Source: Nitrosopumilaceae archaeon
GTDB lineage: Archaea > Thermoproteota > Nitrososphaeria > Nitrososphaerales > Nitrosopumilaceae
Direction of reading: 5' to 3'
Assembly (NCBI GenBank): GCA_965207375.1
Contig: CBDBMG010000002.1
Location: forward strand, 64,001-128,000
DNA length: 64,000 nt
In this document: positions 1 through 13,526 of the stretch, in pieces
Position numbering within the stretch: the first letter of the stretch is position 1
Layout: every line of letters begins with the position of its first letter
Notes under the pieces: generated by a model
What the model was told of the DNA's origin: nothing
The model's database searches: none
The model's input: the letters and a program-made list of their open reading frames with translations, nothing else
Program-made: the position numbers and the translations under genes

Positions 1-368
1 TGGTTATAAGTGACCAAAAACTCTGATATCAAGTAAGGCCAAGAAGTTGAACATTTTATTAAGAATCCTTTTACTTGAATGACATATATACAATAGTTTA
101 CAGGGCATTTTCACAACTATAATTGGCTTGTCACTTGGCCATCTTTTTGTACCATCATCTTTAATAAGGTGGCCAAGTGACAAAGCCAATCATAGTTGTG
201 AAAATGCCCTGTAAACTATTGTATATATGTCATTCAAGTAAAAGGATTCTTAATAAAATGTTCAACTTCTTGGCCTTACTTGATATCAGAGTTTTTGGTC
301 GCTTATAACCATTGTGGCTTCTGATTGGCCTCGCACTTTTTTACAGCCAGGCTGTTTTTGTTTAGCAT
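1..368. mobile_element. Foldback (palindromic) MITE, left end cut by window edge
   Basis: Sequence 1-~145 is the reverse complement of ~170-315 around a short spacer; near-identical full copy at 43721-44143; ends ...gtttagcat. Confidence 0.8.
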
Positions 369-564
369 TTATCTTACAAGTTTATTAATCCAGGCATGCA
401 CCAGCTAAAGACTGAGACTTTATTGGCATTACTTTTGTCCAAAAGTCACTAGCTAAGGATAACTGTTTTATTAATAGCATAGAGCACATGTTTACACACC
501 ACATGCACAAATGCACATATGCACATATGTACCTCCTCCTACTCTCCACTGCCATGGGGTCACA

Positions 565-665
<101 letters not shown>

Positions 666-992
666 ATACATATAGCTAGTTCTAGTTGTATGACAGTTAA
701 TAAATTGATGTATCCTTGTGAGAATATCTGGCAAATAAGACTAATATAATTCTCTATTAGCCGTTTAGTTCATATCACCAGTTGTACGTATTTTAGTAGT
801 GATAGTGACATGCAAGTGACAGTATATTCAAAAAGAAGACAGGCCTACTAAGAATTTCAGCATTATTACGAAGGCATCAGAGTATAATTTTAAATCTGCG
901 TACATGTGTGTTGCTGTGTGTTGCTATGTGTTCCATAGTGATGGGTCACTGTAAGTGTGACTTCCTAATGACATCATTATATCATTAAATAT

Positions 993-1715
993 GGTAGTAC
1001 TTAATAGTAGGGATTGGTAAGAAATTGTACGGCCTCAGGAAAATTTTGCGCTTTAAAAATCAACCTTGCAATAGGCTTTACACGAAAAAACTAGCTGGAA
1101 TGCATTGGTAAGGCTGTAATGATGCTGTTCCTTGGTTAAACGAAACGACAAGTCGAATATTTCGACCTACAGCCAACTTTGAAAATTTCGAAATTCACCT
1201 GCATTTCGTCTGACTGCCGGACGGACGGACGGACAGCCAGCCTGCCGTAAGACCAGGTGTAGGGCTCCAGAAATTTCACACAATAAAGGTAATGACGGCG
1301 AATTTACGAAAATGTTATTCCGAAGACGATTTACCCACTGTGCCATGGCGATTCCCTTTATCCTTCATTCCTTTCCTTGTTCTTCTTTATTCCTTAGCAA
1401 GGTGCGAATTTCACCGAAGGTGACGATAGCCTGTAACGGCTTCTGCTTATTGCGTCACACAAAAACCTGGCTTGCACGTGATATAATTAGTTACAGTGGC
1501 ACGATGTTTTCGCGTGTACTTTATTACATCGTGAACTTCGAGATTATAGCCTTGGACAAATAGCTTTTGCTGTTTTTCGAGCGTTATTTGCTATCACACA
1601 GCTGCTTTGCCATGTCAGCGCGTTGTTAACAAGCGCCTGTAAACAAGCATAATTATTACGTAAGCGCCTGTAACATTTTGTGCGCCTGCTAAAAGATTAT
1701 TGAATGCTTAGCATG
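993..1715. mobile_element. Dispersed non-coding repeat, copy 1 (unclassified element)
   Basis: Begins ggtagtacttaatagtagggattggtaag; highly similar second copy at 12554-13526. Right boundary approximate. Confidence 0.75.
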
Positions 1716-1731
1716 TATAAAAAGTAAACAA

Positions 1732-2063
1732 ACTAGAATGATAAAAAATTAAAAATTTAAAAAGTAAGTAGGGATTGAATTTTGGATTCAATAGTGCTAC
1801 AAAAAGTAAGGAAACAAGGAATAAGATTTTGGGACGAGAAAACATTCTGGCATGAGATAATTTATAAAAGTTTAATCCCTACTTTTGGCAAACCTACTGA
1901 AGTGAGCCAAAAGTAGGGATTAAACTTTTATAAATTATCTAATGCCAGAATGTTCTCTCGTCCCAAAATCTTATTCCTTGTTTCCTTACTTTTTGTAGCA
2001 CTATTGAATCCAAAGTTCAATCCCTACTTACTTTTTAAATTTTTAATTTTTTATCATTCTAGT
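1732..2063. mobile_element. Foldback MITE with ~160-bp arms
   Basis: actagaatgataaaaaattaaaaatttaaaaagtaagtagggattg... mirrored by ...caatccctacttactttttaaatttttaattttttatcattctagt; truncated copy at 58218-58477 and relative at 58885-59185. Confidence 0.8.
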
Positions 2064-2232
2064 ATTTATAACAATATGTATAGCAGTAGATTAACAGTAG
2101 TTTAACTTGTGTACCATTTGGTTTGTAGATGATAAATACTAACCTGTTCCTCAAACTCTGTTCTTCATTCCAACTTCTCTAGAGCTATATGCTGAGAGAT
2201 TGTAGGCATGCCAATTACATTAATAACTCTAA

Positions 2233-3825
2233 ATATTATTATTATTAAAATTTAAGGATTAAAGGCACAGCCTGTACAATCCTGAAAATAACTGATTAGC
2301 TAATAAATGTTACAATATAATTAATCACTTATATAATGTTTATAAGACCAAAAAGAATCCAAAGAGTTTTTGAATGAATTTACAGTTGCTGACTCCACCA
2401 CACTCGCTGGCAAACTGTTCCAATTGTTTATAGTTCTCAAAGTAAAAAAGTTTACACGACAGAAGCGTTTTGCATGTGGCTTATAGATTTTGTAGTTATG
2501 GCCCCTGGTGGTAGTATATGTTTGATATCTGAAAAAATCATTGATATCAATATTAAAATGTTGGTTAATTAACTGATATAAGAATATTAAATCTCCCCTT
2601 TGACGTCTGTACACAAGTGATGGCAAGGATAGCTTGGATAATCGTTCTTGATAAGAGTCATGCCTTAACTCAGGAATCAACTTTGTTGCTCTGTGCTGTA
2701 TTTTCTCAATAGCTTGTTGGTCTGTAACATAATGGGGTCCCCAAATAACATTACCATATTCTATGATAGGTCGTATCAATGATTTGTATAGGCAAAGCAT
2801 TGTATCAGCATTAATGTACTCAAAGGATCTACGAATGATCCCAAGAAGTTTATTTGCTTTATTTACAGCAGTTGAACATTGTTTATGAAACGTAAATTTA
2901 TTATCAATCAAAATACCAAGGTCTTTCTCAGCATCAGAAACAGTAATAAAGTCTCCCCCAAGTCTATATTGTCTATAATGCTGATTAGAACCAATATGCA
3001 ATACCTTACATTTGTCCACATTAAAATAAAGTTGCCATTCACAAGACCATAGAAATAGATTATTGAGATCTTGTTGTAATTGTAGATAATCATCATCCGA
3101 CTGGATTGTGCGGTATATTTTTGCATCATCAGCAAATAATACTAATTCACTCTGTACAACTGATGGTAGATCATTAATAAATATGTTAAAGAGGAGAGGC
3201 CCTAAAATGGAGCCTTGCGGGACACCACTTGTAACTGAGGTCCAACTAGATGATTCATTATTTAATACCACCTTTTGTTTTCTCCCAGTAAAATAATTGT
3301 ATAACCAGTTGTAAAGTTTACCACCAATACCATAAGCTTGTAGTTTACTAAGGAGACGGGTATGAGGAACGGAATCAAATGCTTTTTTGAAATCTAAATA
3401 TATAATATCAACAGGAATTCTTTGTTCAAGTGCCTTAGTCCAGTAATCCATAGCAATTAACAACTGAGTGGTGCAAGATCTGCCAGGCATAAATCCATGC
3501 TGATTTACACTAAGAAGATGATTAGAGTTCAAATGATCATAAATTTCATCTTTAATAATTGATTCCATAAGCCTAACAATAGAGGAGGTTAAACTTATTG
3601 GTCGATAGTTATTGGGTAGATGACGGTTTCCTTTCTTAAAAATTGGTGTTACATGGGCGGATTTCCAGTCCTGTGGTAATAAGCCTGTTTCAAGAGATTG
3701 TGTAAATAATATCGAAAGTGGTATACATATTTGCTCAGCTGTTTCTCTGAGAGCAATCAGTGGCCAGCCTTCAGGGCCTGGTGATTTTCCTGGATTGATG
3801 TCAAGTAGCTTTTTATGTACAATCA
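2233..3825 (-). mobile_element. 5'-truncated CR1/L2-type LINE, reverse transcriptase and C-terminus (ORF 2321-3835)
   Basis: Motifs KSPGP.G, NYRPISLTS, QHGF, YLDFKKAFDSVPH, GVPQGSILGPLLF, LFADD; (TAA)n tail near 2233-2246. Confidence 0.93.
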
Positions 3826-4225
3826 AACAAAGCAACAGTATACACTTTAGTAATGTAAAAAATTAAAACCCACAATCAATTGTATATGCAATGTTTAACT
3901 ATTTTGACATTTGTCAAATGCATAATACAGCTACCTAACAATGCATATAAGCTATGTATACTAAGTACTAAAGACTTCCAACTATTGGTGTGTAAATTTA
4001 AACCCACAATTATTTGTTATAAATGCTACTATAAAACTAGCTAGTAAACTTCAACAACAACGGTAACTTAATAGTATGGCAACAAAGTGATTGCTAGCAT
4101 AAGAAATTCATGTAACTGTTTGGAAAACCTTCTTTAATTTCAAAGAGGCTTGATATCTTGCATATCTTGCATATCATATTAGATCACATTACCATGTAGG
4201 TCACTAATGTAAATGTGTAATGATT

Positions 4226-4470
4226 TTATTAAACCAGGCGCGCACCGGCCTTTAGGTTTCTTAAAATTAATATCGTGCAGACGTCGGTATGCATGTGTGT
4301 GTCTGTGTGTGTCCGCCCCCGGGCTATTAAAAACTATTCACGTGAAATGAAGTCTGAATAACCTATCAAACAAGTCCTACTTTCTCTGTATGGCACTTGC
4401 TATCGATACTGTTTATGGGCGGGGCCTTAGTTACGAAGCGCGTCGTAAGTTACTTCCAAAGAAGAGCAAG
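4226..4470 (+). mobile_element. Dispersed short repeat (unclassified)
   Basis: ttaaaccaggcgcgcaccggcc...gtccgccccc...gaaatgaagtctgaataacc...; degenerate reverse copy at ~56760-56953. Confidence 0.55.
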
Positions 4471-4775
4471 CTTATATGGTTTGTGTAATCGTCCATGTCA
4501 CGATAAGTGAACGGCGTAGATTACAGCGCGTTCTTATATGGTTTGTGTAATCGTCCATGTCACGATAAGTGAACGGCGTAGATTACAGTGCTTCCATATA
4601 TGGTTTGGTGTTATCGTTCATGCCACGATAAGTGAACGGCGTAGATTACAGTTCTTCCATATATAGTTTGGTGTTATCGTCCATGCCACGATAAGTGAAC
4701 GGTGTAGATTACAGGGTGTGGTGTTATCGTTCATGCCACGATAAGTGAACGGCGTAGATTACAGTGCTTCCATTA
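4470..4775. repeat. ~60-bp tandem repeat, about 5 units
   Basis: Core atcgtccatgtcacgataagtgaacggcgtagattacag repeated five times. Confidence 0.9.
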
Positions 4776-5153
4776 TGGTTCGTCCGACGTCCATGCCACG
4801 TTTTGTACGTGTGCGTTGTTTAGAAAAAATGAAACGTGAAGAGAGGTTGCAGCGACGAATAGACCTTTACAGACAACGAAGGGACAAGGAAACGGAGGAA
4901 GAAAGACAAGGAGAGGTTCATGTGTTACACTATGTCTTGAAGTCTCTACTCTCAGACACAGTACACAGGTTAAAATACAAGACTCGCTTAGTCAGCATAT
5001 TATATCAAGTGTTAAAATGTGTGTTAAGTGTTAATTGCTATGATCTATTGTACTACACATGCATACGTCACTATATGCAACTTACTGAATGATTAATTGA
5101 ACAATTAAAATTACGATCAGGCTCGCCCCTCGATGCTGTTAGCATCTGTCTAG
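4470..5153 (+). mobile_element. Non-autonomous Helitron-like element (3' end defined, 5' end not)
   Basis: Hairpin gatgct-gtt-agcatc (5132-5146) followed by CTAG (5150-5153) then T; internal tandem repeat and charged peptide MKREERLQRR...ETEEERQ reminiscent of Helitron N-terminal repeats. Confidence 0.55.
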
Positions 5154-5708
5154 TATAAAAGAAGAGGAGAATATCCTACTCTGTAATAGCCTGTACAAAT
5201 GCGTATTGCAAAGTTATGACGTAACAGTAATAATCACCTTCGAAATGTTAAGTGATTGCACAACATTTTAAGAAAGATATCAATACTTTGTTCGTCACGT
5301 GAGTCCAATAGAGATGTTCAAGATTATATAGTTTTACAGGAAAGAAATTCCATATTTCAACAATTTGGCAGCTCAACTACCCAGGAAAAGGCTAAAGAGG
5401 CAGGCTATTTGCTGTGATCCTGTGTTGTTTGCTGACTTCACAGATGCATCATCGTTGTTATTGCTGGGGTCGCTACAACCCGAGAAATATCGCTTGGCTT
5501 CTTCAAAGCAAGCAGGATTCTTTGTGCAGGTATCGTCTGTTAGGGCCTTCTATTCTATTCAATCAATATCAATACCTTTAACACATCTTGAATACTGGTG
5601 TTACACCTGAGGTGTTAAGAACGTTTAATGAAACACAAGAAACATTTTGCAATACGTGTTTGTACAGGCTATTACAGAGTAGGATACTCTCCTCTCCTAT
5701 TATACTGT
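5152..5708. mobile_element. TIR element with ~65-bp imperfect terminal inverted repeats
   Basis: agaggagaatatcctactctgtaatagcctgtacaaa...cgtattgcaaa vs tttgcaatacg...tttgtacaggctattacagagtaggatactctcctct. Confidence 0.7.
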
Positions 5709-6387
5709 GAACTCTTGACCAGACCCTTTCGGGAGTGGGCACTTATAATCTCCTATTGATAAGTGCCCTGCGGAGAAATTGGGTCTGGTTCCATGGTTCA
5801 AGTTATGAGACTAGAATGGACAGGTAGAATTTGCAAAGATAGGTTACTTTTATCCAATAAATCTCTGAAGAGCCAACCTAGTATATGATAACAAAAATGA
5901 ACTCTCACTGGTAGTACAGCAATGTTACTTTGTCCTGGAGATAAAATTTAAAAGGTGCGAATTTCACCCTTTATAATAACACAGATAGTCCCCAAGTTAA
6001 TATCACATTGTGAAACATATCTAATGGCGTTTAGTGATTTTTCAGATGTATAACATGAGTATGTACCATACAATGTCGTGAACCTTTGAGGCGAAATGCG
6101 GAAACACCTGTAATACATTGTAGCTCTTGGTAATATAACGTGCGTTTTTCAAATACTATAATTATGTCGATGGTGACAGTGCTAACAAACCCTGTATCCG
6201 TATCTGGGTCAGAAGTCTGCAAGGAAGTCTGCTGACTCGCTGTGGAAAGAGGGATCCTGAAAGTTGGTATCCATGTCTTGACACACAACGCACAGCTGCA
6301 CACTATACACCAGGAATATCAGTAATAAAATACCTATCGTTTACTTCAACTTACCAGGTAAATAACCAACGTTAGAATACTTCAGTC

Positions 6388-6600
6388 CGGGGGGTCTGTC
6401 ACGGATAAGAATCTCGTACGCCTTTTTGAGATTCTGGAATCTGGAATCTTGCCTTGGCAGGAAAACTCTGTATACCTTAGGATATTTTAGGATTTTATAT
6501 TTCAATTACCATGAAATCTTATTTGGAATCTGGAATCTTTGTCAAAAAACTGTGGGATTCAGAATCTCGTACAGAAATTTAGTTGGTGTCCGACCCCTCG
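6388..6600. mobile_element. MITE with 8-bp TSD (hAT/P-type), CG(A/G)GGGGTC termini
   Basis: TSD cttcagtc at 6380-6387 and 6601-6608; termini cggggggtc / gacccctcg. Confidence 0.85.
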
Positions 6601-6858
6601 CTTCAGTCTCTACAATCATTCGAAACCGATATGAATAGAGGTTTTGCAGGGCGCCTGCTTCAACTTGAATGGCTTCAGAATTTGACGATTATTTTAGGAT
6701 TCTCTCGTTTATTCTTTGCTATGAAACATTTATTCCGCCATTTTGTATAGAGCTTATTCAGGGGGTGTGTCGTTCGTAGTTAAACGCACAGTGCTTAATT
6801 CTATTTAAGCGCCGTCGGCCATTTTGAGTGTATTCTAGTACGAGTGTATTGCAACAGA

Positions 6859-8545
6859 TAATTATTATTATTATTATTATTATTATTGGGTTTGTCAAAG
6901 ACAGGGGGCACAGAAGGCTATAAAGCCTATAGGAGTGCACCCTAATTACAAGATACATACAATTACAAAGCAACAAATACAACAAACACTAAATTACGTA
7001 GCTATAATATAATGCAAACATACAATTACAAGAACAATACAGAATACACCAAAAAAATAAAACAAATTAGGTACATCTAAGAATCTACACATAAAAATTT
7101 ATACACAGAAGAACGAAAAATATTACGACTGGAAACAGATACAATAGAAAAAGGTAGTCTATTCCAAATAAAAATAAGATTAACAAAAAAGGAGTAACGA
7201 TAAGCATTAACCACTGACTGTTTACAAACTAGTGTCATTGGGTGAGACTTGGTGGAGGATGTATTAAATTGAAAATAATCAAAAAAAGACATAGCAAATC
7301 TGTTGTGAAATAGATCAAATAAAAACAATAAACAAGAAACGGTAAGTCTAGTCATAATAGATGGCCAGCCAAGTCTAGAGATGCAAATGTCAGAGGTAGG
7401 GTCCCATGAACAACATGACGGGTCAAGCCGACTATTACATATCCAACGGGCAGCACGCTTCTGGATTGACTCAAGAACCAGAATATCCTTCTGATAGTGA
7501 GGTAGCCAAACCTGATAGGAATATAGGAACATTGGAAGGATCAAAGCACAGTATGCATGAGACTTAGCAACTGAAGAGCAGCAGTACAATTTTCTCCTCA
7601 ATAAATTCAAGACTCCAGTTGCCCTAGAACAAACACTCTTGCAATGATCAGACCAAGTTAAACGACTATTAATAACAACACCCAGGTATCGGACAGATTC
7701 ACTCCATTTAAGAGAATAGTTAGAGCATTGATATGTAAAATGAATTGGCAAACGCTTATTAGTAATACAAAGAGCCTCACACTTATGTGGTTGCAGTGAC
7801 ATCTGCCAACGTGAACACCACTGCATAAAGGAATCTAGATTGCTCTGAAGAAAACTACAATCATCATATGAAACAATTCGATGATATAGTGTAACATCAT
7901 CAGCATACATTTTGTAGTCACACGTAATAACATTATCCAGATCATTCATATACACAATAAACAACAGTGGGCCCAGAATGGAACCTTGAGGTACCCCAGA
8001 AGTCACTGGAAGCCAATTGGAGTAAATGCCATTTAATACTACTCTCTGTCTGCGAGTAGTCAGATAATTTCTAAACCAGAGTAACAAAGAGCCACCAACA
8101 CCAAACAATTGTAATTTCAAAAGCAATCGTTCATGAGGAATTGAGTCAAAAGCTTTAGACATATCTAAAAATAAACAATGAACACTCTGGTGGGAATTTA
8201 ATGTATTGCCCCAATCATTAACAGCAGAAAGGAGAAGAGTTGTGGTGGATCGTTGACGGCGAAAGCCATATTGGTGGTTGCTCAATAACTTGTTTTCTTC
8301 TAGCATTGAATACAGTTTAGCATGAACAATCTTTTCCAGCACCTTTGAAAGGATACAAGTTAGACTAATGGGGCGATAATTAGATACACAATGTTTATCA
8401 CCTTTCTTATAAACAGGACAAATGTTGGCACTCACCCAGTCCAATGGTAAAACAGAATCCTGAAGGGATTTGTTAAATAGATCAGCCAAAGACGATGACA
8501 ATTGTGCAGCTCCTTCTTTTAGTAAACGGGCACAGATAATTTCAT
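6859..8545 (-). mobile_element. 5'-truncated CR1/L2-type LINE, RT region (ORF 7077-8501)
   Basis: NYRPISLTC, QYGFR, FLDMSKAFDSIPH, GVPQGSILGPLLF, MYADD; (TAA)n tail at ~6859-6887. Different family from the copy at 2321. Confidence 0.93.
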
Positions 8546-8789
8546 GGCTGGTTCGGCTATTCAGTACTCTAACTACTACAGTGAGTTAGAAGGTGAAGCG
8601 AAATCCAGATATGAGCAAGAGGATGCTTGGTCGTGTGGATCCCTATTCAGTGTCGCCTGGAAGGCAGCACCAGTAGCTCTTCCTCAGTGGAATGGTATGA
8701 ATGGAACCGAACTACAATTAAATTTTTTTATGAAACCGAATCCCACAATCGGCCATCCTATATACTACCCTACAACAATGATTTGTGTT

Positions 8790-8920
<131 letters not shown>

Positions 8921-11074
8921 TATTATTATATACTTTCCATAGACAAGTCAGCCATAGGATAAAATCCAACATAAATACTGTATGGTAAAAATGGTCAGCT
9001 AAAATATCCTACACATGCACTTTAGTGAAGTGTACGTATATACAGAAGAAATACTAATATTATATTATCAAATGCTTTAGTGATGCGTACCCCATGCAAA
9101 TGCTAATTGTTGATGTCTCCAATATATAGTTGTTGCATTGTAGTAGTTGTTAGGCACTGGAGTATACTTCTACTAATGTTATTAATTTAGTTGTACACAT
9201 CACAATACTCCTGGTTGCTTCATAGATGTTACAGGGTGTATTTCAAGTTTTATGTGCATTCTTAGTAGCACTTTCATTTAGGTCTTATTGTCAAACTATG
9301 TTTACGGTCTCAGTGTTTCTCCGCAAAATACACAAAATACAATATAATTATTTTGACTAGCAAGTTCTACTATAGTAGTACTTCCTACATGTACAGTAAA
9401 GTGTATGAGACTGGTCATGGCTTAAATTTTGGTGATAAGGTGAACTATGCTGAGTTGGATGTATGGTTACATACATAATAGCCATCTATCTTTTGCATGG
9501 TTCATCCTATGACCTGTAAGCCAATTTGACAGATTTTATGCATGTCATCAAGAGTAAATAATGTAGAGGAGAGTATCCAACTGCCATACACTGCAGGCCA
9601 TTAAGTATATCTGTGTATGCTAGTAAAATTGTGCCACGTGTCAAATAAGTGTGTTTAACACATTCTTTGACAAGGTAACTGTACTTAATGAGCTCATTTT
9701 TGATGGAACATATGACAGTTAGATACTCTCCTACCATCTAAATCCAAGCACTCACTGTAAAACAACCATGTACAATTTACATTTGTCATGTAACACAATT
9801 AATTTTTATGTAATAGCCAGCTAGTTACTTTTGTACCTAGCCGTTTTTGTACTGATTTTACTATATTATGGCTCAGTCATATATAAGTGGGTGAACAGGA
9901 TGACTTGGTCCTTGCATGAAATGATAATTTAATTAAAGTTAATGAGCCAGAAATCCTACGAATGTATGCGTTTTAGGTCACATTATTAACACAAAAATAT
10001 TTTAGCCTTAACAACCCTCATCATAATTATGCTATGCCAACTAATAGTCCTATGGTATTTAATGAGTACATGCTAGTAGCTTCTTCCCTCTTGACAGAAA
10101 TGATGGTGCCTTTTGAAAATAAGTCACAAATCTGATTAGCTTAATTAGCTATAAATATTCTATAGCTGTATCCATAACAGTTGAACATCTGTTGTTTAGA
10201 TGCTTTATATTAACCACAATGCTTTCATGTGTAATAGCCTCCCATGCAAAGCAAGACCACTTTCTAGGCTACAACTTGAAGAAGTCACACTACATACCTA
10301 TATAGGAAGTGTACTGCATTCACAGTAGTCAAGCAAATGTCCATTTTCAACCTTTATTGTATAAGCATTGGTGTGATTCAGCAAAACTGTCATTGTGTTC
10401 TTGACCAAATTTCCACTATTATGAACCATCATGATTTTCAACCATGCCTATTTTCTAGGTGCTTTGCTCATTGCATATAAATGCATTATAAAAATACAAA
10501 ATTAAAATTACTGGCTATAGTGGTTTGTGTTTTTCTAACTAATTATGCCAATTTATAACTGTCATATTCAATAACTCAATAATTCAATAACTGCCATATT
10601 CACACAGGTCAGAACCTAAGTTGGCGTTCACTTGAATTTCCTGTTCAGCCATGGATTCCCCACTAATTTGTAGCAAAAATGTAGAGGGAAACTTTATGGT
10701 GGGTGCAAACTTTGGCAAATTCACTACAAAAACACTTTTGACGAAATAAACTTATTTGAATGTTTATAATGTTATTTAGTATCGAGCAAAGTATTTTGCC
10801 TGAAGAAACTTTGGTGAATTTATGGTCATTCACCAAATCCGCTAATGTCCAAAATTTCCCTCCATACAGTATAATCGAATTACATGCCAACTATAAAATG
10901 TATGACTATGCAATTTGATTACTCCCATTGTCCTGTAATCACTAGCAGGTTTGTATGGCATTGGGTAGTTTATACTTCTGAATGAATGCAAATGTACCAC
11001 TATAATATAGTATTTAGAGGTAGCTACATATCATGTTATAAATATATGATAATTACAATAATTTATAATTAACA

Positions 11075-12069
11075 ATTTATTTTTTTAATTTTAAATGCCA
11101 CCATTTCTATAAAACTAGGTTACGTAACTTACTAACTATATTACCATTACAATTACAAAAATGTCCATCCTTATTTGATCTAAAATATAACCTACATTTT
11201 ACAGGGTATGCTAATTTACGTCCAGTATTATAGTCGTCATCATCCCTATAGTCACTAAAACATTGGTCCCATCCCTCTTTAAAGTATTTCCTGTCAAAAT
11301 CATTATAATACAGTGTTGTTTTGTCTTTAAAAAGAAACCTAAATACATCGTGACGAAAATTTAAATTAATGGTAAAATCTCTACAGGACCCCCTCCTAAG
11401 TGACTTGTCTAGTTCAACAGTAAATGTACCTACATTGTCCTGTATAACGTCACTTCGAGGTGTGGGTGCATGATAATATCTGTGAGAAGTAAGTAGTATT
11501 TAATATATAATATTATGCATGATACACATGACTGTACCTTTTAACTGACTCTGTTACATATAAGACTGTATCCAAGAAGCATCTTCTTTGGGATAGCCTT
11601 TCCATAACAGTAAATACTCTGTGATGCCCCTCTGTGTATATATACCAGCTGCATGGTTGATATTATCATACGTATATAATTACCTTTGTTCTCTTATCCA
11701 TTGCTCTTTCCACTATGTATACATTAGGATCCTTAAACTTAGTATCATTGTTATCACCATTATCATCATCTTCATCATTATCCTCATTATCACCATTGTC
11801 ATCAACATCATTAACATCATCATCATAAATAACCAAATGTTACATATATGTACCACTGTCAGTATAAACACACAGTCAACCATGCAATAGTTATGTAATC
11901 AATTAAGCAGTTTATCACAGATATCATGCATATAGACATTGATACCTGTATAATATAGTATCATAATACTGATACCTTTACTATTGGTATACCTCTAATA
12001 AATAAACAAATAATTATATTAAAGTAACGTACTCCATCTTCTTCTTCACACTTTGATCTGCTTTCATCC
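11075..12069 (-). pseudogene. Spliced chromodomain-containing gene fragment, frameshifted
   Basis: Exon ending 11684 (acidic tract then DPNVYIVERAMDKRTK) + exon 11631-11538 (RGITEYLLLWKGYPKEDASWIQSY) form a chromodomain; 1-nt deletion after SY; next exon from 11479 is open for ~120 codons to a TAG at 11107-11109; small upstream exons near 11975-12069 are tentative. Confidence 0.75.
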
Positions 12070-12101
12070 TGATAGAACATGCAATTATATGACATGAATT
12101 C

Positions 12102-12486
12102 TAGGCTTGTGCCTAATATGCCGACATAATTTGAGGAATAATAGGTACCATTTTATACGAGAATTATTCTGGAATAATAGATCCTTAGTGAGCATAAAAT
12201 TTATTAAACGATCGTCCGCCCACGCAATTAATTATAGCGCATATTGAAAATATTTCGTCTCCAACTCGGCAATCACTTTGTGGACTTTCTCATTGTTATA
12301 AAGTACTTTCTATGCAAGGTCTTTAATTCTATAGATAGTTAGTTAGCTATAGCTGTTATTTTCTTACTGTCAGAGCGGAATAATTTGGGAATAATAGGTG
12401 GTATTTTAAAGAATAATAGGGAACGATTTTGGGAAGTTCTGGAAGGAATAATAGGAAAATTTTTGAGCATATTAGGCGAATCCCTA
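12102..12486. mobile_element. hAT-type MITE with 8-bp TSD
   Basis: TSD atgaattc at 12094-12101 and 12487-12494; termini taggcttgtgcctaatatgc / gcatattaggcgaatcccta. Confidence 0.85.
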
Positions 12487-12553
12487 ATGAATTCTATATA
12501 ATTTATGCACTTAGCTTTTATTATATAACTTAATTTAGCTAATCATTAAGTAC

Positions 12554-13526
12554 GGTAGTACTTAATAGTAGGGATTGGTAAGAAATTGTACGGCTTCGGG
12601 AAATTTCGCGCTTTAAAAATCAACCTTGCAATAGGCTTTACCCGAAAAAACCAGCTGGAATGCATTGGTAAGGCTGTAATGATGCTGTACCTTGGTTAAA
12701 CGAAACGACAAGTCGAATATTTCGACCTACAGCCAACTTTGAAAATTTCGGAAATTCACCTGTATTTCGTCTGACCGAGGGGTCGCCAACGACCATGAAA
12801 TCTCGTACACCTTCCATGAAATCCGTCAAGAAATCCATAGAAATATTTAGAAATACAGAAATCTGAAATCTTGTTGAGGTAGTTTTGAACCGTATATTTA
12901 CGTTTTTTTACGTAAACTTAAGTTATTTCCAAGTAATGCACAGTCGTGCGCGAGGTCGTGCGCAGTTAGCGAGGTCACGAGGACCGTAAAATGGAGGATA
13001 ATGACTTTGTGTTTTCAAAATGTTCGAGTAGTCCAAGGAGTAGCTAGAAAATAATCAGCAAAACCTTCGAATTCCTGCTGCATAAACCTGATTGCTAAAA
13101 TATGACTGAAATCTTTCATGAAATCCTTAAACTCATTTAAAATGAAATACAAAAGAAATCTTGAAATAACTTAAATATTTGAAATCTCGTACGCGAAGTC
13201 GCTTCGTTGGCGACCCCTCGCGTCTGACTGCCAGCCAGCCTGCCGTAAGATCGGGTTGCGCTAGGTGTAGGGCTCCAGAAATTTCACACAATAAAGGTAA
13301 TGGCGGCGTATTTACGAAAATCTTATTCCGAAGACGATTTACCCACTGCGCCATGGCGATTCCCTTTATCCTTCGTTCCTTTCCTTGTTCTTCTTTATTC
13401 CTTAGCAAGGTGTTTTCGCGTGTACTTTATTACATCGTGAACTTCGAGATTATAGCCTTGGACAAATAGCTTTTGCTGTTTTTCGAGCGTTATTTGCTAT
13501 CACACAGCTGCTTTGCCATGTCAGCG
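12554..13526. mobile_element. Dispersed repeat copy 2 (cf. 993-1715), interrupted at 12776 and truncated by the large transposon
   Basis: Matches 993-1620 apart from a nested MITE and a ~100-bp deletion; similarity stops exactly at ...ccatgtcagcg (13526). Confidence 0.8.
12776..13220. mobile_element. MITE with 8-bp TSD (hAT/P-type), CGAGGGGTC termini
   Basis: TIR cgaggggtcgccaacga / tcgttggcgacccctcg; TSD cgtctgac (12768-12775, 13221-13228); the empty site is visible in copy 1 at ~1207. Confidence 0.92.

Noticed and set aside
1312-1563. Paired ORFs at 1312-1563 and 13133-13469, and at 4-189 and 43648-44212
   Set aside because: Recurrence reflects repeat copies and palindromes; no protein motifs and frames are not conserved.
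4470-4775. Regularly spaced repeat resembling a CRISPR array
   Set aside because: Inter-repeat segments are near-identical rather than unique spacers, no cas genes, eukaryotic context.
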